A model generated the notes under the pieces. The model was not told where the DNA came from. It made no database searches and was given only the letters and a program-made list of their open reading frames with translations. Source: Octopus bimaculoides (taxonomy: Eukaryota). From it: 64,000 nucleotides of DNA. This document shows positions 1 through 15,520 of the stretch, piece by piece (positions within the stretch are counted from its first letter, which is position 1; each line of letters starts with the position of its first letter). The position numbers and the translations under genes were made by a program. The stretch lies in the NCBI RefSeq assembly GCF_001194135.2, contig NC_068987.1:105205378-105269377 (forward strand). The letters are read 5' to 3'.

Positions 1-35
<35 letters not shown>

Positions 36-267
36 AACATACATAAAGCAATCCTTATATCTATAACTTTTACTCATTGCTAGACTATCACATACATCAA
101 TGTTTTCTGATACGACATGCTTCATCATCCTCTTAATTTCATTCTTTCCAAAATTAGCCAACTATACCTTTAATACCTTGGCGACAGAGAAAATTAATAA
201 TTTCCACCTGATAATGAATACACCAATAATCCCCTTATTACTTTCAAAAAGATACATTGCTCTAGAT

Positions 268-2307
<2,040 letters not shown>

Positions 2308-2386
2308 CTCTAGATATCATTTTATATAAATGAGTACATGAAATCCATGTATATAAAGTGTATGTATGTGTGTACCATATTTATAA

Positions 2387-2432
<46 letters not shown>

Positions 2433-2817
2433 CAAAANNNNNNNNNNCAAGGTTGTGAAGAGTTTTCAGGACATTTATAATGAAATAGTCTTACAGCTGT
2501 TTCTGGGACGTTATGGATATCCCTTCATCAGAGATGGTGTGAGAAAATATTTGAGTTCAAATTATTATGGAAAAGGAGGAGATAGGGAATATAGAGGGAA
2601 ATAAGAAAATGAAAGTAGAAATAAGATATATAAAGATATTGTAGATGCAGTTCCATTATTCGAGGAAAATGGTGGATAGAAGGGTTAAAAAAAGTTTCGT
2701 GTACATGGTATGTAAGTTCCTATAGCAGTTAATGTTTATTCATTTCAAAGTATGGAGCTGTGGAATAAGTGTTGCTCGTTCGAAAAAGATATATATATAT
2801 GTGTGTGTGTGTGTATA

Positions 2818-3014
2818 CAGTAATCCCTCAACTATGTTCCAAAAACCACCGTGATAAGTGAAAATCTATGAAGTACAAACAGTATTGTACTGTATTTTTT
2901 TATTTATTATTTTTATAATTTGTATATATTTATTTTATTATAGATGCAAAACAACACCACGGAGGAATCGACGTGAGCTTAAATAATAAACCGCGATATG
3001 GCGAGGGATTACTG
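2818..3014. mobile_element. Tigger/pogo-type MITE
   Basis: TIRs CAGTAATCCCTC at 2818 and GAGGGATTACTG ending 3014, flanked by TA on both sides; 197 bp, non-coding. Confidence 0.75.
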
Positions 3015-3036
3015 TATATATATATATATATGTGTA

Positions 3037-3072
<36 letters not shown>

Positions 3073-3075
3073 CAC

Positions 3076-3116
<41 letters not shown>

Positions 3117-3141
3117 TGTATATATATGTATGTATGTATAC

Positions 3142-3172
<31 letters not shown>

Positions 3173-3320
3173 CATATATATGTATGTATGTATACATATG
3201 TATGTATGTATACATATATATATACATACATATACATACATATGTATGTGTGTATATATATACATACATGCATATGTATGTGTACACACACACATACATA
3301 TACATGTTTGCATACATGTA
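3015..3320. repeat. Compound (TA)n/(TG)n/(TATG)n microsatellite
   Basis: Directly visible; it generates the spurious Y/I/H/T/C-rich ORFs at 2930-3720. Confidence 0.95.
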
Positions 3321-4349
3321 TCATCATTTTGCCTTCTTTTCCATGATGGCATGGTTTGTGGACTGGTTGTCACAACATGAGTCATCTCATATTCAGAGTT
3401 ACTACCCTTCTCTACTGGTCGGGAATGTCTCTTTCATATACTCCAAGTTTTTTTTCATGACTGGATGCTATTTGTTTTCTGCCAAGTATTTTACAAATTA
3501 TAGTGCGAACATTTATCGTGGCACCAACATTTCTGCTGTACATAGTCTCCATTCATTTGCCAAGTACTTTGACACAGGTGAATTTTATCATGCCATCAAC
3601 ACTAGAAAGCATGCTTTTGTCCCCAGCAAGACTAAATGCCCCTCTCCATACTGTTTCCTCTGTTCCCCAACCATTTCAGAGAGGATACACAGAACATTTT
3701 ATTATGGCACCAACAGTTGAGAATTTGTCTTTTGTAGACAAAAGAGTTCTCTCTCCTTAGTGTTGTCTCTATTTCATTGATTTGCCAGCATCGGTGTGTT
3801 GTTTTTTGTCTTTGCTAGATAGAAAAAAGAGGATCAAGGAAGGGAGATAATCATAATTATAGGCGTGAAAAGGTGATGGTAATGGGAGCAAAGGAAAGTA
3901 CTTAGTAGTCGGTAGTTTTATGATGATTGCCAGTAGAAGATGTCAACGATGAGCGATTAAAAAAATTGAAAAAGGAGTAACGAGAGGAGAGAGTGTGATG
4001 GCTAACAACAAAGAAGAGGTGAGAGTATTTAGGGGAAATTATAAACAGATCCACTGTAATGCCATTCTTCATTACTCATGTGGATTATAGGGGAAGAGGG
4101 ATAGTTGGTAAGAACATTGATAGCAAAGGAGGTGAATGAGAGACGAGATAGTAAAAGCAGTGTATAGCTGTGTTCACTTCTCAACCGTGTGGTTTTGGGT
4201 TCAATCCCACTGCACATCGTGCAAGTGTTTTCTGTAGACCCAGGCCAACCAAAGTTTTGCAAGTTGATTTGGCAGACAGAAACTGAAAGAAACCTGTTGT
4301 GTGTGTGCATGTGTGTGTATAGCCATGGAACAACACATGGTTTTCTCAG

Positions 4350-4514
4350 ACAGTTCTTTTCCTTTTCTCCAGATTTTTTCCTCTTCCTGATGAAGAGCCA
4401 TGCTCAAAATACCACACCCTCTCCTCTTTTCGTCCTATTTTTTCTGAGCATCAGTCTAATATATTCACTGTGTACATCCTTTTAACTTTATTTGTTTTTC
4501 TTGTTTTTGAATTT

Positions 4515-4520
<6 letters not shown>
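4350..4520 (+). repeat. Decayed copy of hammerhead-bearing, Penelope-LTR-like repeat
   Basis: CTGATGA-A-GAGC-CAT-GCTC-AAAA-TAC at 4387-4412. Helix II matches the copy at 31566, but GAAA and the cleavage triplet are eroded. Confidence 0.5.
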
Positions 4521-4565
<45 letters not shown>

Positions 4566-6369
4566 TATATATATATATATATGGACTAGGTTATGAAGTT
4601 CACCGAGAGTCATTGCACAATTCCAAGTATAAAGTAGGTCCTAGAATCAAGACACCGCACAGTAAACTAAGCAAAGACTAAAGTGTTGGTAGGTAAGAAA
4701 GCAGGACATTGATATCATCAGAGAAATAACCTACCCTGCTACATTTATAATCTACTGCCCTGCTCCCTCTTTTCAGTCTCTCCCTGTCCATCCCTCTCTT
4801 CTACCCCTTGTCCACCCTTCTCATATCACCCCATCTCATGTCTCTCCAGCCTACTCCACCCTGTGCTGATCATCTTCATCACTCATCATTATCACCTTGA
4901 TTCTGTCATCTTTCATAGACCTTTGTATAAGATTCTGCATTGGCGGACCCTCGTCCCTCTATCTAGTTCTTTTAAACTTGTGCCCTTTTATACTACCAAC
5001 CATTACTCTTTCCCCTCTAGGTCACTTCTTTTACTTTGACTCCCTTACTCTTCATAGGCTTATATATATAAAAGATTGCATCAGATCATTCACATCTTTC
5101 TATCCTATATACTATAGCTTTGCCATTCTGTATTACCAACCAGCACTCCCCTCTCTGGACCAATTCTGTTGCCATTCATCATCTGTTCTTACCTTTATCT
5201 CATCATCCACTCTTACAATTATCCACCTCTGCTACTGCCAACCACTCCTCTCTTGACCACACTTTTTATATTGTACTCCTGCTCCTTACATCCACTAATT
5301 TTCACCCTTCTGATGTCATCGATGTCACTTTTAATCCCCTCTTTAGTCACCTCATCACTCTTTCTTTTAATCCTTCTCTCCACTTTGGTCCACACATCTT
5401 AGGTTATTGAGTACTTTACATTTCCTACATTCAAAGTACTCCCTTCTGTGCTTGTGCCACAATGGAAAGCCACCAAATTATGCTACCTCTAGGGAAACTG
5501 ATGAGCACGACAACCTCACTAGTGTTGGTGCCACGAGAAAATGTACTCTGTGCACACTGAAAAGTGGTTGGAAAGCGAGGAGAGAAAACATAAGGCTGAG
5601 AAGCCCCTATACTCCTATCTTGCTGAGGACTATTCAAACTCTCTAGTGTTGGTGCCACGAGAATATTCACCCAGCACACCCTGTAAAGTTGTTGGCAATA
5701 AGAAGGGTATCAAGCTATAGAAACCAAGCCAGATACCATGTACAAGTACCAGTCTGGGAGTAGTGGATCCCAATACAATACAACTTAGACTTTGATGAAA
5801 CATCTAATCCAACATAGAAAGAGGCAAAAAATGATCAGATGTGTGTGTGTGTGGGGGGGGGGGGGGGTAATTTGTTTATATTTGTTTTTTGAAAATCACA
5901 AGCTTCAACTGGTACAATTGTCATTTCTCCTGTCAACAAATCTACTGGTTTTGCACTTTCAACAATGTGTGAAATAAGAGATCCTTAAATCAAAAACAGG
6001 CAAAGGTTAGTGACAAGGAGATTTCTGACTGTAAAACAATGCTTGAATAATATATTCATCTAACTCATGGAGAAACATGAATATATACACACCCACATAC
6101 ACATGCACATATATGTATATATACTTATCTATATTTGTGTGTGTGTGTGTGTGTATATATATGGGCATCGCTGTGTGGTTAGGAAGCTTGCTTCCCAGCT
6201 ACATAGTTTCGGGTTCAGTCCCACTGTATGGTACCTTGGGCAAGTGTCTTCTATAGCCCCGGGCCGACCGAAGCTTTGTAATTGATTTTGGTAGGGCGGG
6301 AGTTACTGCCATGTATGTACATGTGTGTGTAAGTGCTTGTGCCTCTCCAAGAGATAGGGATATATATAT

Positions 6370-6785
6370 AGTCAATAACTAGTGACTGAGACCTTTGGCA
6401 GTATACCATGCTGGAGGGCCGATACCGATGTCACCTGACTGGTACCCATGCCGGTGGTACGTAAAAAGTACCTTTCAAGTGTTGGGCCTCACAGAGGTGA
6501 TGACAAATGATTGAGACCTTTGGCAATATCCTGTTCTTGAGCAGAAAACTCATCAAGCCAAGTGAAATCATAGTTGTACATAACTGGCACCCATGCTGGT
6601 AGCATGTAAAAGCACCCATTACACTCACAGAGTGGTTGACATTACGAGGGGCATCCAGCCATAGAAACCATGCCAAATCAGACTGGAGTTTGGTGCAACC
6701 TTCCAACTTACCAGCACTGGTCAAATCATCCAGCCCATGCCAGCATGGGCAATGGGCATTAAATGATGATGATGATGATGATGAT
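6370..6785 (+). mobile_element. RTE-LINE 3' tail repeat (family D) ending in (GAT)n
   Basis: Core AAAAGCACC..GGTTGGCATTAGGAAGGGCATCCAGC(T/C)GTAGAAAC..CCAACCCATGCCAGCATGG..(GAT)n. Other copies approx: 8400-8650+, 12950-13170+, 13875-14162+, 20895-21225+, 29735-29882+, 29950-30370+, 30428-30645-, 31028-31225-, 32470-32655+, 32870-33070+, 40190-40450-, 45598-45900-, 50087-50320-, 54900-55040+. Confidence 0.85.
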
Positions 6786-6799
6786 ATATATGTGTGTGT

Positions 6800-7215
6800 G
6801 ATTCATCATCATTGTCTTTACATCCACTTTCCCATGCTCACATGGGTTGGATGGAATTTTGTTGAGGTGGATTTTCTGTGACTGGATGCCCTTCCTGTCT
6901 CCAACCCTCACCTTTTTCCTGATAAGGTAATATTTCTCCATAAACAGACATGTTTTCAGAGAAGATTCGAACTGAAAGACACTGCTTTTATGGGGGTGAC
7001 ATTTGTTTACAATTATCATTTGATGTCAAGGCAAGGAAATAGTCACACACACACACGTTCATGGGTGGCTTGTTTCAGTTCCTGTCTACCAAATCTATTC
7101 ATCAGGTTTTGGTTAGCCTTGTTGCTCTAGCAGAAGATGCTTACTCAGGATTTTAACCCAGAACAAAGTGGTTAGGAAGCAAATTTTCACCACACAGCTA
7201 TGCTTGCACCTGTAT
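6800..7215 (-). mobile_element. tRNA-headed SINE (head C, CORE-like) joined to RTE-type tail (body F)
   Basis: Head GGCATAGCTGTGTGG..GGTTAAAATCC, then (TG)n, then a tail ending CCAACCCATG..(GAT)n. Similar composites at about 26995-27395-, 33670-33950+ and 35060-35380+. Confidence 0.7.
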
Positions 7216-7744
7216 ATATATATATATATATATATGTGAGTGTGTGTGTGTGAAAATAAGAAATAAAATGTGTTTTCCCTACTGTATTTCAGTGAATTAA
7301 CTTGCTAAGTATATTATTGCAGTCAAATAATTCAAAACTACAATAATATGCATTGAAAAGCAGATTATCTCAATCAAATTCTTTAAAAAGGCATTATTAC
7401 ATATTCCAAAAGATCATATATCCAAAATATCTTACCACAATCATATTTCAAGATTACAGATTCTAAAATACAAACTATCTTAAAATCCCTTAATAAAGTC
7501 TTCAAATTCCATAATTGCAAAAATACATCACAGTTCATAATTTTAAACCGTCTCTCATCTTACAGATGATATTCATTGCAATTTATGTGTATAATGGCTC
7601 ACTACTAGCTTCCATTTAATATATAGTGCATCTACTGGCTACACATGCATTATTCATCTTTTGTGAATAATTAATAATTTTATGATAGATTTGTAACAAT
7701 TAGGATTAGGGTTAGATTTGTTACAATTCTGTATTGAATCTCAG

Positions 7745-8400
7745 TTGAAAAAAAATTTTATTTAGTGTTTTTTATCATTAAGAGGTGATATGTTGCCATT
7801 ACAAGGTAATAGAGCTATTATCTCCACTGGTCTAGAAGTTGAGACAACTGAGAAGGGAATAAGTCAGTTGTAGGTGAGTCATCAATACCATCAACAAATC
7901 TAACAGCTGCTGCAGGATTGGAATGATAGTTTCGACTGTTTATTTCACTGAGGCTACTTCTAGATAATGAGTTTTCTTAAGGCTCCAAGATATTGATAAT
8001 ATTGCTCTAAAACCCTATTGTTGTATTGCATAGAGCAATATTATCTATTGATTATATTGTTTGGGTTTATTGCACAGTGGTTCAGTGTTTTCATCAGCCT
8101 CACTATCTATGCTATCACAATTTTCTTTTTCTATTAAGAACCAATATGTAGGTCACCCTCTGTGTTTTCTAACCAAGTTTTACAGTCATCTTTCATTTCT
8201 TCTGTTCCACCTGTCCTTTGAAGGATCTGCTGAAAATCCCTTGTGTCAAATCTATTGATATTGTATCCTACCACTACATTGTGCCAAATTATTTTCAAGC
8301 TTTGCCAATTGTGGCATCCTTCATGCCTTTCCTGAAACTGCTATTCAATTTATCAGACTCATTACTATTGTTCTTGATATTGCTGACAGTTCTTCAAGGC
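7745..8400 (-). mobile_element. Degenerate pogo/Tigger-like transposase C-terminal remnant
   Basis: Broken minus frames (KDATIGKA..; acidic DSIDSEADEN; QYYQYLGALRKLII) resemble Tigger/TIGD C-termini; no TIR recognised. Confidence 0.35.
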
Positions 8401-8649
8401 AGTGACCCGGCAGCGTCATTATTAGCATACTGGAACCAGCGTCGCCTTACTGGCACTTGTGCCGGTGGTATGTGGAAAACACCATTTGAGCGTAGCTGTT
8501 GCCAGTACCGCCTGACTGGCCCTCGTGCCAGTGGCATGTAAAAGCACCCACTACACTCTCAGAGTGGTTGGCGTTAGGAAGGGCATCCAGCTGTAGAAAC
8601 TCTGCCAGATCAGATTGGAGCCTGGTGCAGCCAACTGGCTCACTAGTCC

Positions 8650-9393
8650 CCAGAGAAAAACAGCACCATGATGCAATTCACTCTGCCAGAAATTTGGAAA
8701 CAACATGCTGTACTGCTTGGCACTCATGCTGGAAGCTCCAATATGAATATTTTAGAGTGTTTGGGCATCAATCTGAGGATAAGTACCGAGAATGATAAAA
8801 ATCAAACATCCAGTCAACATTATGGTGTTTGGAGTGATCACTAGTGCTTACAATGTTATGCTTCCATTTATCTTCCCACACGGTCTCAGACTCAACACGG
8901 ATGCCTACATCAAGTAACTGGAGGAGGTAGAGCTGCCCTGGGTCAGGTGGGTGGCTGCCGAAAGGCCCTATGCCTGGCAACAGGACTCTACACCATGTCA
9001 CTTAAGCAGGAGAACCCAGTCGTGGCTGTCAGACAATTTCTGTGACCACATCACCCCTAACATCTGGCCACCTAACTCCCCAGACGGCAACCCTTTTGAT
9101 TATCATGTGTTGGGTGCAGTTGAGCAAGGGAGCAACAAAACTCATTGTAACAGCAAAGATGAACTGAAGGCAAGGATTATGGCAGCATTCACCAACTTAA
9201 ACAAGGAGACCATCCAGAAGAGTTGCAGGAGATTCTGAAGTCGTCTGGAGGCCATGGTTGAAACCATTGGCGATTTTATTGAATAAATTTTCAAGATATT
9301 TTTATCTAATTTTGGTAAATATATCTATTAAAATGAGATGTCTATATTATTTTCATTTTTGCATAATGTAGACGACAGTTTATTCACCACACC

Positions 9394-9396
<3 letters not shown>
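8650..9396 (+). mobile_element. mariner-like maT (DD37D) transposon, internally deleted
   Basis: WQQDSTPCH..WPPNSPDGNPFDY has 37 residues between the second and third catalytic Asp. The N-terminus MMQFTLPEIWKQHAVLLG is fused almost directly to KHPVNIMVFGVITS. The right end TTTATTCACCACACCCTG finishes at 9396, followed by TA. Confidence 0.85.
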
Positions 9397-9435
<39 letters not shown>

Positions 9436-10069
9436 ACTTTCTTATGCACACACGCACCCACACTTAACCGGTTTCACATTTGATTTTCAAAAGTGTATGG
9501 TATGTAGAGCTGTGTTGCAAATTTATATGTGGTGTATGTGTATATGTTGTATATATGTGTGTTGAAAATCATAAGGTCAGTATTTGTTCATCCACTTATT
9601 CTCATAATTCCATTGATTATTTCAATTTGTAAAGTGTCCTTGAACACCAGATACAGACACCATCTAGATTTTTTTTTAGTACATAATTACCAGCTTATTT
9701 CATAAAATTATTGGGAGTGGAAACGGTATCATACTATATAAAATTTGATGGTTATATAACTTAATAGTTCATACTGTGAGAGACATTTGTTGAATGTATG
9801 ATAGTAGGGTAAGTGAATTGATTACCCATACTAGTATGGGAAAATAAACATGATGAATATAACTTGGCATATAATCAAGGCTGACAAAGTTTGAACAGTT
9901 TTAAAGTATATTTTCATATAGCATATTTATTTAAGAGTTTGCTAAAGTGATTTTCTTATTGTAATTAGTTCAATCATTACCATTGATAATTAATGTGCAG
10001 AAATGAACCATCAGTTCACAATAACATTATAATTTTGGATTATAGCTCTATTTATATGTTGTGACTTAC

Positions 10070-10117
10070 TTTTCGACTGCTAACGTAAGAATTAATGATT
10101 TTGTAAGCATTCCTTTC
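10070..10117 (-). CDS. Candidate 48-nt internal exon of an unidentified minus-strand gene
   Basis: ttattgtgtAG acceptor and GAAAA|GTAAGT donor. Open as (W)KGMLTKSLILTLAVE or as ERNAYKIINSYVSSRK. No homology recognised. Confidence 0.35.
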
Positions 10118-10374
10118 CTACACAATAATATTGAATATTTCTTTTCTAAAGGTAAAATGATTTTTTTGAAAAGAAAAATGCATAAAAGTTATTAGTTCAT
10201 TTATTACCATCAGCAGCAGCAGCTGTAACAACAACAACAAAAACCTGACCATATCATATGTTCATTTTCCACGCTGACATAGATTGGATGGATTGCCATG
10301 ATCGGATTTTTTTTTTATGTGGTGTTATTGCTCTCCTAGATAGGATACTTCTTAGTCAAACATTATATTTCAGC

Positions 10375-10877
10375 GTGGCGGCGCAATGGCCCAGTGGTTA
10401 GGGCAGCAGACTCGCGGTTATAGGATCGCGGTTTCGATTCCCAGACCGGGCATTGTGAGTGTTTATTGAGCGAAAACACCTAAAAGCTCCACGAGGCCCC
10501 GGNNNNNNNNNNNNNNNNNNNNNNNNNNNNNNNNNNNNNNNNNNNNNNNNNNNNNNNNNNNNNNNNNNNNNNNNNNNNNNNNNNNNNNNNNNNNNNNNNN
10601 NNNNNNNNNNNNNAAGGGATGGTGGCGAACCCTGCTGTACTCTTCCACCACAACTTTCTCTCACTCTATCTTCCTGTTTCTGTTGTGCCTGTAATTCAAA
10701 GGGTCAGCCTTGTCACACTGTGTCACGCTGAATATCCCCGAGAACTACGTTAAGGGTACACGTGTCTGTGGAGTGCTCAGCCACTTGCACGTTAATTTCA
10801 CGAGCAGGCTGTTCCATTGATCGGATCAACTGGAACCCTCGGCGTTGTAAGCGACGGAGTGCCAACAAAAAAACAAA
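10375..10877 (+). mobile_element. tRNA-derived SINE family A1 (contains N gap)
   Basis: A box TGGCCCAGTGG, B box GGTTTCGATTCCC, tail GAGTGCCAACAA; imperfect 14-bp TSD ATATTTC(A/C)GC(G/T)TGG. Near-identical reverse copy at 57288-57676. Confidence 0.9.
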
Positions 10878-11497
10878 ATATTTCCGCTTGGTTTCTACAG
10901 TTGTATACATACTCTTCCTAATGCTGTAACTTTACAGAGTGAACTAGGTGTATTTTAGAAAGTGTATCCAGCATGGTGAAAGGATCCTCTGAAATCTTGT
11001 ATTGTCTCCATTTGTTCACCTCTACTAGGTGATGGTTATGACTTGAAAACTCTAAATCAGTGGACCCCTTTGATTTCTATTTTACTTAGATAGGTCCCCA
11101 TATCCATTTGACGTTTAAAAAAAAATGTTTGTGTATTGTGGAAGTATATCCATTTTATTGCACATAAGTTTTAGCAACAAAACCTTATATGGATCCTGAC
11201 TGAGAGCAACATACTAGGTATATTATATAAAACTGTGAGTCATTTATCTTGGCCACTAAAGTCAGGGTATAAAAAATGCAAAGATATATTAGACACAGTC
11301 CACTTTCAGGGAAAGAAGTTTTTTGTACTTTAAACTTCATATATAGGACTCAGGGTGATTTTTTTTTTTGAGGACATTTTTTTAGAAAAAGTTGCATCAT
11401 AGATACCCTCGATACAGTACTCTTGTGCTGTACTCTTAAATAAAGTAGATCAGAGGACAACTGAGATTTTCTTGGAAGTTTAGAATAACAGCTATAC

Positions 11498-11532
11498 CAG
11501 GTTTGAAATTGCTTTTTCCATGTAATCAATTT
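11498..11532 (-). CDS. Candidate 35-nt internal exon of an unidentified minus-strand gene
   Basis: cttttcttttcAG acceptor and CTG|GTATAG donor. Reads KLITWKKQFQT(W) in the frame compatible with the 29-nt and 48-nt candidate exons. Confidence 0.3.
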
Positions 11533-13711
11533 CTGAAAAGAAAAGTTGTTTTAATTGACAGCAATATAAGGTGATAGAATTTATTCTTTTGTAGATCAAT
11601 ATTCAACTTGTTAAACAGGTTTAGTGATGAATTTAATGCAGAAAGATTATAGGAAAGATTTGTGTTGTGTCTGCCAACATAAAAAATCCATCATTGATTG
11701 ATCAAATGATATTTATATATATCTTGCAGGCTACTTTGAGTATCCTGAAACATTTCTAGTCATTATTATTTCTGACTTAACAATTATCTGGCAGTCTTAT
11801 TTCACATTAGCATTATAGCTCTTCTGTTTTTCCCCCTTTCCTTTATCATTTTGTATGTGGAATTGAAATTCTTTCAATTAAATCTTTTCACTTTAATCAC
11901 CAATGCATTTGCAGTTCCTATTTATNNNNNNNNNNNNNNNNNNNNNNNNNNNNNNNNNNNNNNNNNNNNNNNNNNNNNNNNNNNNNNNNNNNNNNNNNNN
12001 NNNNNNNNNNNNNNNNNNNNNNNNNNNNNNNNNNNNNNNNNNNNNNNNNNNNNNNNNNNNNNNNNNNNNNNNNNNNNNNNNNNNTTCAATTAAATCTTTT
12101 CACTTTAATCACCAATGCATTTGCAGTTCCTATTTATCAGATATGTCTCCTGTAATCTGAAATATTTTTTGTCTTACTGGTTTCAATCATTGTACTGTTG
12201 TTATTATGGGGTACCCACTTCAAGTGTTTTTAGTTGATCACATGAGTCCCAAATGATTTATATTTTCTTGGTCTCTCTTGTGTATTCATCAAATGGCAAA
12301 CGTTTTCTTTTTAAGCATACAGGAGACTGATAAACACTGTTATATACAAACACTGTTATATACAAACACATTGACAGACAGACACACACATTTCAACTTT
12401 AAAATTTCTGTCGTTAATAAATTGTATATTACTATGGTTAACAATTATTATTATCCATTGAAAATTTTTTGGTATTTTTATATAACGTAGGTGCGGGTTA
12501 GTTGAGGAGTTTGATTCACAACCACATAATTTCAGGTTCAGTACCATAGTGCAGAATTTGAGGTATCTTCTACTATAACCCCAGAGTAACCAAAGCCTTG
12601 TAGATGGATTTGGTTGGCAGAAACTGAAAGAAGCCTGTTGAACATATTAGTGTGTATGTGTGTACATACATGTATGTGTTTATATGTCTATGTCTACATT
12701 AGTGCTTTTCCAAATGTCACGCAGCTACAAGTGGTGGTGGTGTCATTTCCTCTATCAACAAATCACCCACTGGTTTGTGCCTTCGAAGACATAGAGAATC
12801 AGAAATCCCTTATTAGAAAAAAAAGGTAGCAATTGGCAATATGAAGGGCATCCAGTTGTAAACACAATGCCTTGTTAATACATAATTATAACCTATGGTA
12901 GCATGGGAAAAATGACCTTAAAAGTGAATGAACAAATTATAAAGATGAATAGTGCCAGTTGCCATAAAAGCACCTGTGCCAGTGGCATGTGAAAAGCACC
13001 CATTACACTCTTGGAGTGGTTGGCATTAGGAAGGGTATCCAGCCATAGAAACCAAGCCAAATCAGATTGGAACCTGGTGCAGCTCTCCAGCTTACCAGTT
13101 TCAGTCAAACTGTCCAACCCATGCCAGCATGGAAAGCAGACACCAAATGATGATGATGACGATGATGAAGAAGAATACACTGATGATTGAACTTTAAATT
13201 ATTTCTGTTTATTTTACTCGTGTATGATTGAAGCCTATATATTTATAGAGAATCTTTTACTCCTTTAAATGATGTAAGTTTGATAAAGAAAATTTTAAAT
13301 GAATATAAATGCAGCAGGGATGTGCCGCCTGGGATGGCACGGTAGGCAGTGCCTACCCTGAATAAAATAGATTGATAGTAACATTTTCCTTTTATGGCAA
13401 AATATGCACGTTGTTCAATAAAACTATGAAGGTTACTCTGATTACTATGCATAAAATGCAAAATATTTTATTTTTTTATAGATTAGGTAGGCATAATTTG
13501 CCCCTGCCTTTTAATCTCAGTATTAAAGCTATGCATAGTACTGCTGTAGTACACATAATGTGTACTTTCCTACAACAACGTTTTCTTTATGTGCTATAAA
13601 AGCAGAATTAAATCTGCCTCCAACTCAGTCACACGCCTGTGTTTTGCTTATTATTTTGTGTGTTTTACTACATAAATGTCACCAACTACTTACCCTGAGT
13701 AATTACTGACG

Positions 13712-14370
13712 GCATGGCTGTGTGGATAAGAAGCTTGCATTGCAACCACATGGTTTCAGTTTCAGTCCTACTATGCAGCACTTTGGGCAAGTGTCTTTTA
13801 TTATAGCCCTCAGGTAACCAGTACCATGTGAGTGAATTTGGTAGACAGAAACCTATTTCATTATATACATATCCGAGCGTGGCCGATGCCAGTACCCCCT
13901 GACTGGCTCTCGTGCTGGTGGCACATAAAAAACACTATCTGAACGTGATCAATGTCAGGCCCACCTGACTGGCTCCTGTACTGGTGACACATGAAAAGCA
14001 CCCACAACACTGTTGGAGCGGGTAGCATTAGGAAGGGCATCCAGCTGTAGAAACCTTACCAGATCAAATTGGAGTCTAGTGCAGCCACTGGCTCTCCAGA
14101 TCTCAGTCAAATCATCCAACCCATGCCAACATGGAAAGCAGACATTAAACGGTGATGATGATGTATGTGTTTCTGTTTGTCCCGTATCGCTTGACAACCA
14201 GTGTTAGTTTTTTTATGTTTCCATAACTTAGTGGTTCAGTAAAAGAGACTGGTTGAATAAGTAGTAAACTTTAGAAAATAAGTGCTGGAATCAATTTGTT
14301 TGACTAAAACCCTGCAAGGCAGTGCTCCAGCATGGCTGCACTCCAATGACTGAAACAAGTAAAAGAGAGA
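13712..14370 (+). mobile_element. SINE (head C + body E) interrupted by a family D insertion
   Basis: Head at 13712-13870, D element at about 13875-14162, body resuming TCGCTTGACAACCAGTG..CTGAAACAAGTAAAAGA to about 14370. Uninterrupted copies at about 19138-19520-, 35890-36295- and 46530-46875+. Confidence 0.75.
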
Positions 14371-14569
14371 TGATGTAAGTATTGACATTTAATAAAGCCA
14401 CAAAAATAGATGTCAACTGAAAAGCATTTGAGAAAAAGTATTTTTGATTTAATATTTAATATCATATTCTGACTAAATGAGACAAACTATTAATAACTAT
14501 TAATAACTATTAATAACTATATCATTATATTATCCTAAGATTTATTGTGATGAGTATATGATAAAGCTG

Positions 14570-15520
14570 ATGACCACAGATGCAATTGAGAATTGTTGAC
14601 CTGCATAAGTTCAAAGGAATACTTTCAATCGTAGCTATTGAAGTTGGGTACTCGGTGAGTGCCACCCAGCATTCTGAGAACATCAATAAAACTGGTGGTC
14701 ATTCTGAAAGTCTTCAATTGGTAACCATGGAAAAGGATACATTCACTGTCTATCGAAGAGAACAACTGAAAAACGTTTGCCACTGTCATTTTGAATGTTC
14801 TTCAATAGAAATACTACATGGCAGAATGGTGTCACTATCACCAAAAATTGACTAAAGTAGTTCAGGTATGTAGGATGCAATGTGAAGAAAAAATAGTCAT
14901 GCCTTTCTCTGAAAAACTGATGTGCCTCTGTGTTCAGTTTGCTCATGAGTATAAGAACTGGATGTAATTGTACTGGTTGAAAATGTTGTGGCTGGATGAG
15001 TGTAAATTTAATTTGTTTGGCTCTGATGGTAAGCGTACAGCTAATATCACAGAAGAAAGGCATTTCACTCAGAATGCATTAGTCCTACAGCTAGGCATAG
15101 TGGTATCTTGGTTTGGGGCCAGTATGTCTGGGAAAGGGGTTGGCCCCATGCATCAGTACAACCAATTTAGATATCTTGAAGAAGACTATTTTTCTTTTAT
15201 ATGTTGAGAATCATTTAAGCTACACGTAGATCTTTCAGTATGACAGTGGCCCAAAGCATATTATAGAAATAGTCAAGGAATTCATCAAAAGCAATTCAAA
15301 TGCTACAGGGGCCAGCACTCTCCCAATTTTAAATCCAATAGAAAACTTATGGTAACAAGTCAATACAAATATTCACCAATGAAAACCTAGAAATTAAGTG
15401 GACTGCATGATTACAAAGCCAAAAAATGAGTAGAAATTCTAGATAATGTGATCAAATTTATAGTTTGAATGTATCTTAGACATTATTCTATTTTGAGACA
15501 TCTCAGGTATGTGCTGAAAT
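14570..15520 (+). mobile_element. Degenerate Tc1 (DD34E-type) transposase remnant
   Basis: Broken frames give WLKMLWLDECKFNLFGSDG, FQYDSGPKH (about 15235) and an LNPIENLW-like motif (about 15330). Confidence 0.8.

Noticed and set aside
2930-3720. Long ORFs rich in Y/I/H/T/C/V (up to 240 aa)
   Set aside because: They are translations of (TA)n/(TG)n/(TATG)n microsatellite and are open in several frames on both strands.
5498-5545. CTGATGA as another hammerhead core
   Set aside because: No helix II closes next to GAAA and there is no helix I partner; it is part of a D-type repeat.
10379-10450. tRNA genes (also 16880-16950, 34898-34969, 49400-49465, 57605-57675)
   Set aside because: A and B boxes are present, but there is no complete cloverleaf acceptor stem and each runs into a shared SINE body, most with TSDs.
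11873-12137. 53-bp direct repeat flanking the gap at 11926-12084 (similar case at about 21025-21115)
   Set aside because: Identical sequence on both sides of an N run is typical of unmerged overlapping contig ends, so it is probably an artefact.
13315-13510. CAGGG..CCCTG ends as a hAT MITE
   Set aside because: Terminal similarity is only about 5 bp and there is no 8-bp TSD.
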